Assembly: GCA_904063045.1 (NCBI GenBank)
Contig: CAJFCJ010000069.1
Coordinates: 1-58,096, forward strand
Reading direction: 5' to 3'
DNA from: Dimorphilus gyrociliatus
Lineage: Eukaryota; Animalia; Annelida
Length of the DNA stretch: 58,096 bases
The stretch's first letter is position 1. Every line of letters begins with the position of its first letter. This document shows positions 23,892-35,727 of the stretch, in pieces. Made by a program: the position numbers and the translations under genes. Below the pieces are notes generated by a model, which was given only the letters and a program-made list of their open reading frames with translations, was not told the DNA's origin and did not search any database.

Positions 23892-24770
23892 CTAAGAAAT
23901 ACTACTTATTTTGTTTGAATTTTGAATTCGCACTTTAAACAAACATTTGTAAAAAGATGCTTTGACATTTTGAAAAAATTTAACATGGAATATCAAATAG
24001 ACGAAACAATTTGTGGAATGATTAATTATATGTAATCTGCGGAGGATAGTAGGGCGTTTCTTTTCCATTAAAACGTCAAGAAACAAAGGCAACCATGAGA
24101 CAACAAATATCAATGTTGTACCATATAGCATTAGGGCAGTTCGAATTTCATTCGGTTTTCCCTGACTGTTTACCTGACCTTGAAAATTTCCTCTTCTCTT
24201 CTTCAATACCACTAAAATGTAAGCGTACATTAGGACAAGAACGATAAATAGGATTATTTGAAAATAGATCAATATAGTTGTATTGAATGATGTTTTCTTG
24301 TTAAATTTTCGGATACAATTAAAAGTTTGATTATTTGTTGATAAATGCAAAGATTGAAAACTATTTACTTGAAAGATATTTGAGGATAAAACAACTATTA
24401 AAAAAGTTATATTTACCCAGTAAATCAATTTTAATGATAGAAAAAATGGTCTAAAAACAAATAGCCATCTTTCGAAACCAATTAGAATTGTCAAAATAAA
24501 CGAATAACTTATAAAACAATATGAGAGATAAGAAATAATTTGACATATAAACAGACTATTCGTACCAAAGGCGTTGAAAAAGATTGTTATAGGTAGAATC
24601 ACTCCACAATAGACAACATCGTTACCTGCCATTATTCTAACAAAGAAATTGACAATTCTGCTCTTTTGACTCTTAAATGGGAAATGTAATAGGATGATTA
24701 TATTTGAACATGTTCCAATAAATATACACGGAGTTCCAAATATTAATAGAGATTTCAATTTCAAGTCCAT
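23892..24770 (-). CDS. Intronless rhodopsin-family (class A) orphan GPCR, 292 aa
   Basis: Seven hydrophobic segments; TM1 GTCSN, TM3 GFERW (DRY variant), TM6 FVVSWLP, TM7 NHSTNCFVY. Confidence 0.88.
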   Translation of the reverse strand: MDLKLKSLLIFGTPCIFIGTCSNIIILLHFPFKSQKSRIVNFFVRIMAGNDVVYCGVILPITIFFNAFGTNSLFICQIISYLSYCFISYSFILTILIGFERWLFVFRPFFLSLKLIYWVNITFLIVVLSSNIFQVNSFQSLHLSTNNQTFNCIRKFNKKTSFNTTILIYFQIILFIVLVLMYAYILVVLKKRRGNFQGQVNSQGKPNEIRTALMLYGTTLIFVVSWLPLFLDVLMEKKRPTILRRLHIINHSTNCFVYLIFHVKFFQNVKASFYKCLFKVRIQNSNKISSIS

Positions 24771-25351
24771 ACTTTAGTTTGTAATATTATTGTAAGTGTT
24801 TGTGTTTGTATGTGGCGCCTCCAATCAGCTGACAACACTTTTAGACTTGGAGACTACGAGTATAGTGCCAAAAAAGTCATTAACCGAAATTGACTAGATT
24901 TGCTGCATAGAATAAATTTGTTTGTTGTCTAGATCCTGTTCATTTAAAAGAGGCCATTGTTGTTTAATGTTTATCCTCCACACGTTTTCTCTCAATCCTT
25001 TTGAATATCAATATAGAGGTTTGTCGTATTGTGTTCCACACAGTCAACATCACTTGCTAATGTAAAAATAGATTATACTGTCTAGAGCTCAATTTGTAGT
25101 TCGTATCAATTTCAATACTAGATTGAAGGAAAGTCCGAAAGGGATGTGGCTTCGCCTCCTTTCTGTAAACACTGTGTATTCAAAATGGTATATGTAAAAT
25201 GATTGATAAACTTTGACAAATCGTGGAAATATCTAAACACTGTTTCCATATGCGATATAAGGATTCAATTTCAGAGAAATCTTCTTCAGATTGAAATGAT
25301 TATCGGTTATTTTACCTGCGATAGAAATTAATGTATTATTATGGTTATTGG

Positions 25352-25353
<2 letters not shown>

Positions 25354-25400
<47 letters not shown>
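25354..25400. repeat. (CT)n microsatellite
   Basis: About 23 CT units with one interruption. Confidence 0.95.
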
Positions 25401-25403
<3 letters not shown>

Positions 25404-25421
25404 CTACAACTCCGAAGAATA

Positions 25422-26667
25422 TCAATTACATAACAATTTGTCCGAAAAATTCCTTTTTCTTTTAGAAATCATATCCAAAATAATAAATTTCCTTTCGACA
25501 TTAATTCCTTTACAAACGAAACTGATTGTCTTGGAATTTGGAACTTTCAAATGTTGTAGACAGTAATTTTGAAACTGATGAAATTGCGTGTTTTCTAAAT
25601 AATATTCCCAAGTTTTAATTATATCTTCAGTAAGAGACAATTGTTTATTAATAAAGATAATTGGATTGATAAGAGTTATGTTTAGTTGATCATTAGCCTC
25701 TATTTTCAATTCCAAAAATGATAATATTGATTGTGAAGGAATCCATGCATAGATAAATTCATCAAAGAAATTATAAACAGCGCAAAATTGATGATGAGTA
25801 GTATTAAGAATAGAAATCTTTCTACCATCTGAAATAGAGTTCTTATAGAAGAAATAAATGAACAAGGTAAAAAAACAAACGTTGATGATTTATTTTAAAT
25901 TCATTGATTAAAGAACTCTGACTATTTCTTGATAAAATTTGATCGACGTGAACAAAATAATCATGATAAATTGAAAAGTATGAAAGTGACGTTGCAGTTG
26001 GTTTTCCATAACCAAATTTTATTTGACCGAGTGAAAATTCTAACCAAAAATAGTTCCAGTTTTGACAATCAATTAATGATTGCAAAGCATTGAACGAGAC
26101 CATGAAACATTTGGAACTAAATATCCTAATGTGTGATTGTTCGTCAGAATTTGATATAGAATCTAGTGCTAATGAAAAATAAGACTGATTACTATTACGG
26201 AAACGAAAAACTAGGGAGGAACAATCATTGTCTTGATTCCTATGCTGACCTTTAACCTGGAAGCTAAAGGTCGTAAAATTCTTCCATAAATTCCTTGGTA
26301 AATAATAGTTAGAAAATGTATCACTTTGAACACTATAAATTTTCTGATCAGCTGTTAATCATTGAAAGAAAGATGGAGGGGCGGAATACGAAACTTTATA
26401 AACTGTATTTGATATTCATAAAAACTTACCTTTTGCAAAAACCTCAACACTGTTCAGTGCGCTATTGTGATAAAAATACCCTTCTATAATTTTCAATGGG
26501 ATCCAATATTCAATAGCAGAACTTCTATCATAGTCAAAACATTCTCTAATTGAAGAAGGTAGAAGTAGTATGAAATGATTGTGTGCAGAACTCCAAATTA
26601 CTCTTCTGCTCAGTATATAAAAGGAGGTACATTTCCGAACCTTGTCTGTCTTGTACTCTACTCTCAT
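25422..26667 (-). CDS. Multi-exon gene or fragment with a farnesoic-acid-O-methyltransferase-like (Methyltransf_FA-type) beta domain
   Basis: LIDCQNWNYFWLEFSLGQIKFGYG resembles the ILSC.E.R.FW+.W..G.I.VG.G motif. Splice sites join ORFs 26416-26667, 25843-26103 and 25422-25865. Confidence 0.4.
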
Positions 26668-26684
26668 TACACATAATTGTTTTT

Positions 26685-26819
26685 GCCTAACCTTTTTGAA
26701 TACCCCTAACCCTTAGATGGGACCCTCCTAAGAACATATCAACAGTTATCTTATTCCTCCTAACCATTTCCCAGGCTGAAATCTAACTTTCAAATATTTC
26801 ATTTATGGCCGTTTTCCAC
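26685..26819. mobile_element. Truncated older copy of the ccctaac MITE family
   Basis: cctaacccttagatggga...cctcctaaccatttc...ggccgtttt aligns with the internal and right part of 5377-5584. Confidence 0.7.
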
Positions 26820-27026
26820 CGGTCCCACAGAAAACGTCCACAAAGGGGAAATTTCAAGACTAAATTTTTGATTAAGAAATGGTTAGGAAGAAGAAGAGAG
26901 CAACTGATTTGTACTTAGGAGGGTCTCCTCTAAGGGTTAGGGGTAATGAAAAAAGTTAAATACAGCCAAGAGCTGGGTTAGGGTTAGGGTAAAAGCACTA
27001 ATTTGTGGACGTTTTCTGTCGTATCC
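26820..27026. mobile_element. Mutator-type MITE, young subfamily (no TSD visible)
   Basis: TIR acagaaaacgtccacaaa (26827) / tttgtggacgttttctgt (to 27019). Differs from 11241-11441 by a few substitutions plus one extra TTAGGG unit. Confidence 0.88.
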
Positions 27027-27318
27027 CCCTTAGCAGCATTACATGCTTTAATTTAATGTGATAGTATTTCATGTTGGGTTGGATACTTGTTGCTATTTGG
27101 AATAAGAGAGATAATTGTCATTGACTGTTTGACTTTCCCTAATATTCCGCAAAATAATTGCGAAAATCGTAGGAAACAACATAAAAGGATAAAATTTATA
27201 AAAAATTTAATAGGCATGCTAAAGAAAAGATTGAAACGGATACTTAATTGATTATACAATTATGATTATAGTTTTGGTATAAAGCATAAAAAAAAACAAT
27301 AAATTGTATTCTTTAAAC

Positions 27319-30300
27319 ATGTACACTACTATTGCCTTCTTTATGATCCTTTTTCAACTTGGAGGTATGAAAATATGATTAAGTTTTCTTTCTTAAATAG
27401 TATTTATGAAATTTTTTGTAATTCTAAGGATCATGTTTAAATAATGATGATTGTTTACTAAATGGCCGGTGTATTAATAACACATGTCATTGTGACTTTC
27501 CATTCGATAATCAGCTTTGCAGTATGGGTTAGAATTTATTTTATAAATCTATAATTGTTTGCAAATACTGAAAATTTACAGGTTCTAATTATCTCTATTT
27601 TAAAGGAATTTTAAACTATGGAAAGATTATTAGTCTATATAATCTTTCTTCCGCCGTAGACTGTGTTGAGATATGTAAAGACTCTGCAGAATGTGAATCA
27701 GTTGGCTTGGGAATTTATATAACAAGTCGCATCTTAATCCATTGTAGTCTTTTTTCAAACTCAAGTTATCCCATTATACCTTTTCCGCTAAATCCAATTT
27801 TTAGATCCTATTACATATTTATCTTTAAAGGTTTGTTTCAATTATTGTCTTTGACATTTTTTATGTATATATTCTTTTAACAACATAAATTAGATTCTGA
27901 ATTATCTCTTTGTGGCAATGATCAAATATTAACAGAACATACTGAATATTGTATTGAGTTTCTATGGCAGAATATAACACAATGTCCAATAAGTGGATAT
28001 GGATTTATTGATAATTTAAATGACTGGCTTCAAATAAATACTGGACAGTATTTAAAAGAGAGCATGAACAATATTACATCTTCTACTTTGTCTGAGAATA
28101 AGAAAAATATTAACACAAATATGCAATCTTATAGAGAATTGTGCTATGGCAATTTATCAGCCGGAAGCTATAATGTTGCATTAAATAAACAAGTTATTTT
28201 ATCTGCTAGTATTCTTGAACCAGAATTGATTTACCATTCACAGCACATAGCTGATGGGCTAAAAAATTCAAATGTATTATTGGGTGGTTGTACATCAATG
28301 ATATTTTCATCATGGAAAAACAGCCTATGGATAGGATTGGATTTAAAATATAAATCTTCTGTTAAAAAAGCTATAATTTATTTATCAAATAACCAAAGTA
28401 ATAAATGCAGAAATATAATCTTTTTATTTAAATTTTCCAAAATTAAAATAAATCGTTTATATTTTTAAGGTCAAGGTCAAATATGTGATATATTTTCCTC
28501 AGAAAACTATCCGTCTCAGGAAAAAATTATACCATCACATCCAAATTATTTTTGCTTCAGAAATTTAGAATTGTTTTCAACAAGCGAAGAATTGGTTGTA
28601 TATTGCCAACCACATACATTGGCTGGACAATATTTCATTTTACAATCAGAATCAACAGGTACAATTACAATTTGTGAACTGGAATTATATACATGTGAGT
28701 ATTACAAAGTGTAAAAAGTTATACTGTATATATTATATATAAAATTTATATATACATCATTTCTTAAAAAATGAAGCCGACCTTGCCCTTAACGGTGAAA
28801 TTTTAAGTTCAAGTATAAGCGGCGAAAATTATTATGGTGGTTTTGCTGTTAATGAAAATCCAAATGATAATGCTTTTCAAACAATCCCTAACGAAGAATC
28901 TTGGATTTCGGTGTATTTAAGAAAGAAATTTTTAATATATGGCTTCAACCTATTTGAAATAAACTTTCAGAAATTGAATGTTTATGTTATTGAAAGGAAT
29001 TTCTTTTTGAATCAAACTTTTAACGAAGCTGAAGAATGCATATCAGTTATAATGACTGATTTATTATATTATAACTACATTCATAAAGCCTGTAAAAAAA
29101 TATTGCCAGGTTTATTTGTAGCATTAAAATCAACTCATGCATTATTTCTGAGGAAAATTGAGATATTTGGCCTATTTCAAAGTGAATCAGGTAACCACAA
29201 TAAAACGTTGCCAATGAAATGGTTACTAATCAATAAAAAATTATATATTTAGAATTTGAGAATATAGCTTATGGTAAACCAGTATGGATGACTGAAATCT
29301 CTCATGACAATTATGCCTATTTTGCAACTGATGGCTTTAGTCAGACTTTTTATTCCCAAACTAAAAAAACTAATCAATATATGATTGTTGATTTGTTAGA
29401 AATCTTTATAATTAATTACACTGGTGTTCAAATGAGATCTTCAGATGAAGGTAAAAAAAATTGAATCTTACCTCGGGCAAGGTCAAAGTTAAAACGTTTT
29501 TCTTTTAAAGTTTCATCAGAAAAAGATAGAAAAAGATATCTCCTTCATTTTAAATTTTTTAAAAAGAGAAGAATGACTGAGAACTCTAGCAATATTTTTG
29601 GTTCAGATTGTGAAGAAATAAACGACATACAAGAGAAAGAATGTGGCAAGACAATAATTTGGAATTGCAGTTTAAAAATTAACATTGGTAGATTTATTTA
29701 TGTAAAAAGTTCTCAATCAAAAAAAATTGAATTAAAAGAATTTTACGCATTCGGAAAGAAAGTTGAATCAAAACTTTTATCAAAGAATCAAATAGTTGGA
29801 GCATTTTTTAATGAAGACTTACAAAATAATGAATTCGACTATGACAAATCACCATTGAAAGCAATTGATGGAATAGTTGGTGGCTATACATTTCCTGGAT
29901 TCTTTTCATGTACTACTCTAAAATCAGATAGAAATGATCAATTAATAATCCAGCTTGCTAAAAAATTTAACATATCACAAATTCTAATTCAGCCTAGTCA
30001 TGATTCTAAGAACGGTGTTTAGAAAAATATTCTACTTTTTTAATATCTTCAGTTATGCCATGTTCTTTTTTTTACATTTTTATAATAGATATTTTTGATA
30101 TTCGAGTTTCCATTGGGAATGATAATACTCAAGAACTTTGCGATTACTTTTCTTCACCGGATCATATTACTTATCCAATTCAAATTTATTGCGAATCTCC
30201 GAAATATGGAAATTATGTTCTAATAACACCAGAAGATAATAAGGATATAGATATTTGTGAAGTTGAAATATTCCTTGCAAAAGCTAATAAATTACTATTT

Positions 30301-30685
30301 TTTCCTTTTTGAAATTGCTACAAAAACTCTAGTTTCGTTTTGTAAGAATTTCAAAAATTATCTATATATATTTGATAAATTTTTTACTATTTTTTTTATT
30401 AACAAAACACTAGATAAAAAAAATGAAATGAATTGTTCAACTATGGCAACAATATATCCAAATTCTCAACTATCAATTTCATATCAATGCCCAATCCTTA
30501 CTGCAAATCAACTATTATTTGAATGTATGAATTCATTTAGAAATTCAATTTATAATTTATTTATATATAATTTCAAAAATAGAAGTTGTTGTCTTTTGAA
30601 TTTATTTAGTGAGGTTCAATATTTATTTTTAAATAGTTCTGTTATTGGTAAGAACATTTGTCACGTTCAGAAGCACTATTGTTAA
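27319..30685 (+). CDS. Secreted EGF + PAN + about 4 FTLD + PAN protein, paralog B; multi-exon
   Basis: Signal exon MYTTIAFFMILFQLG followed by gtatga. EGF CLNNDDCLLNGRCINNTCHCDFPFDNQLC; YNVALNK..HIADG..GGCT; ENIAYGKPVW; FDYDKSPLKAIDG; terminal PAN in ORF 30257-30685. Confidence 0.85.
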
Positions 30686-31057
30686 GTTTCTTTCTTTTGG
30701 ATGTTTTGTTTGAGTTTTTCTTTGTTCCCTATTCTTAGTTTGGACCGACCTAATCACAAATCAATTGTTTTAATGTTTATCCTAACCCATTTCCATTCCA
30801 AATATATTACCACAAAATAATCTCAAAAAAAGACAGACAACTGCTAGGTAAGGTTTAAAGCAAAACCATACATGTGTTTTCGACAGTTTCCAGAGAAGTG
30901 ATTTAACCATGGAAAATAAATGGAATGATTATTACGTAAGATAAGAATTTGTTAATTCCACTAGAAAAAATGGCATTGTTTGTCATTAACAATTGACTGG
31001 GTTGAAAATGTCAATGAGTTTGAGTATTTTATGGAAGACCAAAATCAATAAAATTCT

Positions 31058-31530
31058 TCAAATCAAAAATAGCTTATATATTGATAAATGCACGAAGTAT
31101 ATCCCTCTAACATTTAACAAGTTTTGTAGACAGCTTTCAATAGTACTTTTGAAATGGTAAGGATACATAATATACATAAAGAAATTATTTTCAATTATCT
31201 TTTTCATCCTGAAATAGTTGCTTATTTCCTTTAATAATGGTATTGTTGGATTGACTATCAAATTTAACGGTATAACTAGATAGACAATGAAGCTATACAT
31301 ATTATCTTTCATTTTAATGATCGTGACTAATGAGAAAATACCTGGAGATTTTTGAATAATTAAGAATTAACAGTAGATGAATTATTGGGCATGAGCAATA
31401 ATAAAATTGATATTAGTGTCCATAGGGCAATATTTGTAAAAGCTAGAATAAACATACTAACTTTAAAACTGACTGATATGGTGATTTTGTTTTGTGAATG
31501 TGTTGCTTTTGTTGTATTTATATTAGGGTC
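31058..31530 (-). pseudogene. TM6-TM7 remnant of a third GRL101-like receptor
   Basis: FKVSMFILAFTNIALWTLISIL (cf. SVYILSFSNIVCWLPISIL in gene 1) and MYSFIVYLVIPLNLIVNPT (cf. IYNGIFICIVPINSVINPF). The upstream region is occupied by a mariner relic. Confidence 0.7.
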
Positions 31531-31661
31531 ACCCAAAAAATTCTTGTCGTTTTTATCTAACAGCTAAAAAAATTACAAAAAATCACCTCTCTATTAGGCC
31601 TGATTCTATTAATTCTTTGTTTTAATCACTTTGGAATATTGATGTAAATTTCTGAATTTAT

Positions 31662-32310
31662 TCAAATATATTCCAGGTGAATAAGCCTTTCCCTATCCCA
31701 AAACACACATGCCATTAGGTTGTCTGCCAACTTACCTACCTTAACCTTTTTTGGCAGTGGTGATAGTTTTATGTGGTATTCTAAAGAAGCTTTTTTAGTT
31801 AATGGTTCATGATAGAATACCCATGTTTCATCTCCTGTAACAATTTTTGACAAAAAATTCTCTCCTTCTTCGCCATACTTTTCTAGGAATTCTGTAGACC
31901 TCTCCACCCTTATGTCTTTCTGTTCCCAATTAAGTTGGTAGGGAATCTATCTTGAGACAATCTTTTTCAATCCAGGACTTGCAATCAAACCTTCAACAAC
32001 TGAATGGCTTATATTCAATGTTTGAATATCTCAGCCTGGCTTATTCTTCTATTATCTTTGATTAGAGCAATAACTCTGTCCTTATTTTCATTGTTACTGG
32101 CTGTTTTTAGGCATCCTGGTCTGTCTTCATCAAGAATATTTGTTCTTCCTCCTTTAAATTGTCTAACCCACTTTCTTACAGAGCTAATGCTAAGTGTTGT
32201 ACTACCAAAAAAAGCTTTCAATTGCTTATGAATATTGATTGTAATAACTTGTTGTGATACAAGAAATTGAATAATTAAATAATTACTCTCTGCTTCATAC
32301 CGTCATTCAT
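31662..32310 (-). mobile_element. Mariner-family transposase relic (5' half, frameshifted)
   Basis: SVRKWVRQFKGGRTNILDEDRPG (HTH region) and IVTGDETWVFYHEP..MACVFWD. Truncated before the later catalytic Asp residues; no TIR recognised. Confidence 0.9.
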
Positions 32311-32409
32311 ACTGTGCAACAAATGGCTGACCATTGTAGTTGACAACAAAATAACAATAGCTTAGTTTAGACGAAATTTTGAAAAATTGTATACATTTTA
32401 ATTAACATA

Positions 32410-33672
32410 TTAACTAATTAAAATAATTAATAGTCCATTTTCACCTGCTTCGCATCCTCTATTGACGACTCTCAATTTATCACCTTTATTCATTTTTAAT
32501 AATACTTCACCCATTGCAGGAGTCTCTTTAATAATGTAAAATGTATGTTTGTAGAGTGTTGTCTTCTTCACTCCATTCACTTCAATGTAGGCTTCTTCCG
32601 ATTCTCTTTTCCTAAAGAAAGATAGATTTACAGAAATGAAATAAGTTCCATTCTTTGGAGCAACATAGGTTTGATCACTTGGAATCCAAGAATTGTCTGA
32701 ATCGAATTTTACTGAACCAAAATTGATTGAATCTGGCTTACAAGTTGAACCCTTTTCTCCTTTACTGTAAAAATAAGATTTATTCGAATCTAGCTTAAAG
32801 AGAGTTAGAGAAGTTTGCAAATCAGTATCTGAATATAAACTACCAGAGCCCAGCTGTAGTTCAATATCTTCTCCTGCCTGTAAATTTGCCAAAAGACTCA
32901 TTGAAGAAATAATCGGATGTCGGGTTATATGGTGAATTCTTATAGAATGCCTCAATGAACTTTCACTACTTCTAATGGTTAATCTTGACTCTGCCAGGGC
33001 ATTGAAAGCCGAACTGAAACCAATAAAGTAAAGACCCGTGCTGAGTACATTCAATTTGTTTCCATGCTTCTGAAATCCTCTCAAAGCCATAGTTATTGGC
33101 AATGGAATAACACTTTGATCTTCCCACTCTTCGTCACGTGCTCCAAAGAAATAATGATCAGTGTCGTAGTGAAAGCCAGCCCATGCCGTTTCTCTATTAT
33201 TTCCACCAACCAAACCAGATGTAGTAAAAACTTGTTTAACATAAGGCCTGTTTAATGAAGTTAGCAAATGAAGACTGCGCTTATTAATTGACTCTCTTCC
33301 ATCGACTTGATTATATGTTGTCATTCCAGACCTTCTACCAGTTTTCTCTAGAGAAAATGACGCTCTAGAAGTTTTTGATAGAGTCATTGTCATAGTCAAG
33401 TAATATATTCCAGTTTTAGTTATTTCAAGACTATTGTCTAATGTATTAAATAGGTTTTGATGATTGATGTCAACACTTGTCCATTTAACTTTGGCATTTC
33501 CAAAATTTCCAGATTCTTTGAGTGAAACAGAGAAGGCTGGATTTTCCTCAGAAGTTTTAACAACTTTTTGTAAACTGTTGTTGTTGTCTAACTCTCCATT
33601 AACTTGAGCAAAAGTCAAACATATCATACAAACTAAGAAAAAAGAAAAGAAAAATTTTGAATATTCACTCAT
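32410..33672 (-). CDS. Secreted intronless protein with three tandem C1q/TNF-like domains (420 aa)
   Basis: Signal peptide. PAFSV...N..FN..D...ITKTGIYYLTM and INFGSVKFDSDNSWIPSDQTYVAPKNGTYFISV C1q motifs. ATG at 33672. Confidence 0.85.
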   Translation of the reverse strand: MSEYSKFFFSFFLVCMICLTFAQVNGELDNNNSLQKVVKTSEENPAFSVSLKESGNFGNAKVKWTSVDINHQNLFNTLDNSLEITKTGIYYLTMTMTLSKTSRASFSLEKTGRRSGMTTYNQVDGRESINKRSLHLLTSLNRPYVKQVFTTSGLVGGNNRETAWAGFHYDTDHYFFGARDEEWEDQSVIPLPITMALRGFQKHGNKLNVLSTGLYFIGFSSAFNALAESRLTIRSSESSLRHSIRIHHITRHPIISSMSLLANLQAGEDIELQLGSGSLYSDTDLQTSLTLFKLDSNKSYFYSKGEKGSTCKPDSINFGSVKFDSDNSWIPSDQTYVAPKNGTYFISVNLSFFRKRESEEAYIEVNGVKKTTLYKHTFYIIKETPAMGEVLLKMNKGDKLRVVNRGCEAGENGLLIILIS

Positions 33673-34291
33673 CAATTGCTTAAAGAAGAAAAAGAAGAGA
33701 ATGGTACTCACTGACTATAGAATGTAGCATCATGGTTGTTCAACTGTTGGATAGGCAATGAAACAAAGCTTTTTTGCAACCTCTTTTTATATTCATTTTT
33801 CAACATTAGTAAAAGATGACTAATGTTAAGATGATATCATTAAATTCTGTCCAATTCAGCAGTTTGACAGATAGAAAAACCTCTGTTTACAACATGATTC
33901 AGATTGTTATCAAATGAACCAAAGATATTTCTTATCAATAGAAGAGATAGGGAAAGATAAGAGGCAAAGTGAATAAAATATGTACCAATCCAATCTGATT
34001 GATGGAAAAAGAACTTAATTGTCAAAATTTTGAGGCTGGCTACTGAAAAATTTCTTATTAAAAAAAGATGTACATTAACCTAGAAATCTCTTATAGGCTA
34101 TTTCTATTTTGAGTAACATTGTATAAGCATCATCAAAGTTTACTAAAAGTTGGCTAACTAACATTTATTTTCATGAAATGTCAAGCAAGATGGAGAGAAT
34201 GAATTGTTATAGTACTTAATTCTAGTATATTGAAATATAAGACGGAAAATATAACATAATCGTGATGTGACTAAGAGGAACATCTGGTAAA

Positions 34292-34427
34292 GATAACAGT
34301 CTTTGAATTTTGATTATCAGCTGAGATAAGAAAATAAATTGTGATGAGAGTTATCTTTTTTTAATCTCTGGGATAAAGATGGGATAAAGATATAAAAATG
34401 GCAATTTTTCATTCTTTCTAATCATTC
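34292..34427 (+). promoter_or_regulatory. GATA-site cluster + TATA box + Inr upstream of the + strand C1q gene
   Basis: Six GATAA/TTATC motifs in 96 bp (34292, 34314, 34325, 34351, 34372, 34383), TATAAAA at 34391 and TCATTC at 34422. Confidence 0.5.
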
Positions 34428-34458
34428 AGTAACAGAATTTTCTTCAGTCCTGCAAAAA

Positions 34459-35727
34459 ATGAAAATGCTTTATTCCTGTTTGATTGTGGCCTTTTTTTGT
34501 TCAACTGCTTCTAGCAGATTTGTTGATTTACCTCTGAATAAAAATATGAATGATTTTAATCAAGAGGCAGCTGTCATAAAATCAAATAATCCAGCGTTTA
34601 TGGTTTCACTTGGCAAAACTGGAAATGTTGGAGAGGGGAGAATGAATTGGGAAAATGTGCACTTAAACTCTCAAAAATTATTCAATCCAGCCGATAATAG
34701 TCTTAATATAACAAAATCTGGAATGTACTTTTTATCGATGACAGCAACAGTTGTGGAAACTTCCAGGGTGTCTCTTCAGCTAGATGGAACTGGTAGAGAA
34801 TTGGGAATGATGAGACAAAAGTCGAATAATAACCTTAATACAATTACAAGAGACAGTCTATTTTTTCAAACAACTTTAAATAAGCCATACGTTCAACAAG
34901 CATTCAATACTGCAAACCTCACTGGAGGTAATAATACATTATGGACTGGTTTTCATTATGATTCAAGTTCGTATTTCTTTGGCGCTCGCGACGACGAATG
35001 GATGGAAAAATCATCGCCAATTCCCCTACCTATTATCATGGCTATGAGAGGTTTTAGATTAGAAAACAACAACATAAAAGTTAGCGAATCTGGTTTATAC
35101 TTTGTTAGCTTTGGTTCTGGTTTTAATTCGGCCGATGACACAATTGTCAGCTTTCATATAAATGACAATAAAGAACAGTATAGAAGCATTAATACATTCT
35201 ACATGGGCCGTCATACAACTCACCATACAAAAAGTTTTCTAACCTATCTACAAGCTGGAAACAGTGTTGGCCTGACTCTAGCTGATGGAACATCCTATGC
35301 CGATGCTGATTTGCAAACTTATTTAGCTATATTCAAGTTGGACAGTGAAAAACCTTACTTTTGCGGCACTAATAGTTTTGATATTGATAAATCAGAATTT
35401 GTAAGATTTCATAATATAAAATTTGATTCTCACAATTCATGGAATAATATTGAAGGAAAATACGTCGTTCCGCAATCGGGAACTTATTACGTAACTGCTA
35501 ACTTTCCATTCGAGAGTAATAAGCATGAACTAGACATTGAAATAAGAGTTAATGGAAATTTACTGTCAACTTTCTACGCTGGTCAAAGTAACGATTACGA
35601 TCCATATTTATCATCAACCTCAATGTTACTATCCTTGTCGAGAAATGACTTTCTACAAATAAAAATACAGGGAAGTAATACAAAAGCTGAAAATCAAGGA
35701 GTATTGTCAATAGTTTATATTGATTAA
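34459..35727 (+). CDS. Secreted intronless triple-C1q-domain protein (422 aa), divergent paralog of 32410-33672
   Basis: Signal peptide. Co-linear with its partner (NNPAFMVSL; WTGFHYDSSSYFFGARDDEW; YVVPQSGTYYVT). Confidence 0.88.
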   Translation: MKMLYSCLIVAFFCSTASSRFVDLPLNKNMNDFNQEAAVIKSNNPAFMVSLGKTGNVGEGRMNWENVHLNSQKLFNPADNSLNITKSGMYFLSMTATVVETSRVSLQLDGTGRELGMMRQKSNNNLNTITRDSLFFQTTLNKPYVQQAFNTANLTGGNNTLWTGFHYDSSSYFFGARDDEWMEKSSPIPLPIIMAMRGFRLENNNIKVSESGLYFVSFGSGFNSADDTIVSFHINDNKEQYRSINTFYMGRHTTHHTKSFLTYLQAGNSVGLTLADGTSYADADLQTYLAIFKLDSEKPYFCGTNSFDIDKSEFVRFHNIKFDSHNSWNNIEGKYVVPQSGTYYVTANFPFESNKHELDIEIRVNGNLLSTFYAGQSNDYDPYLSSTSMLLSLSRNDFLQIKIQGSNTKAENQGVLSIVYID

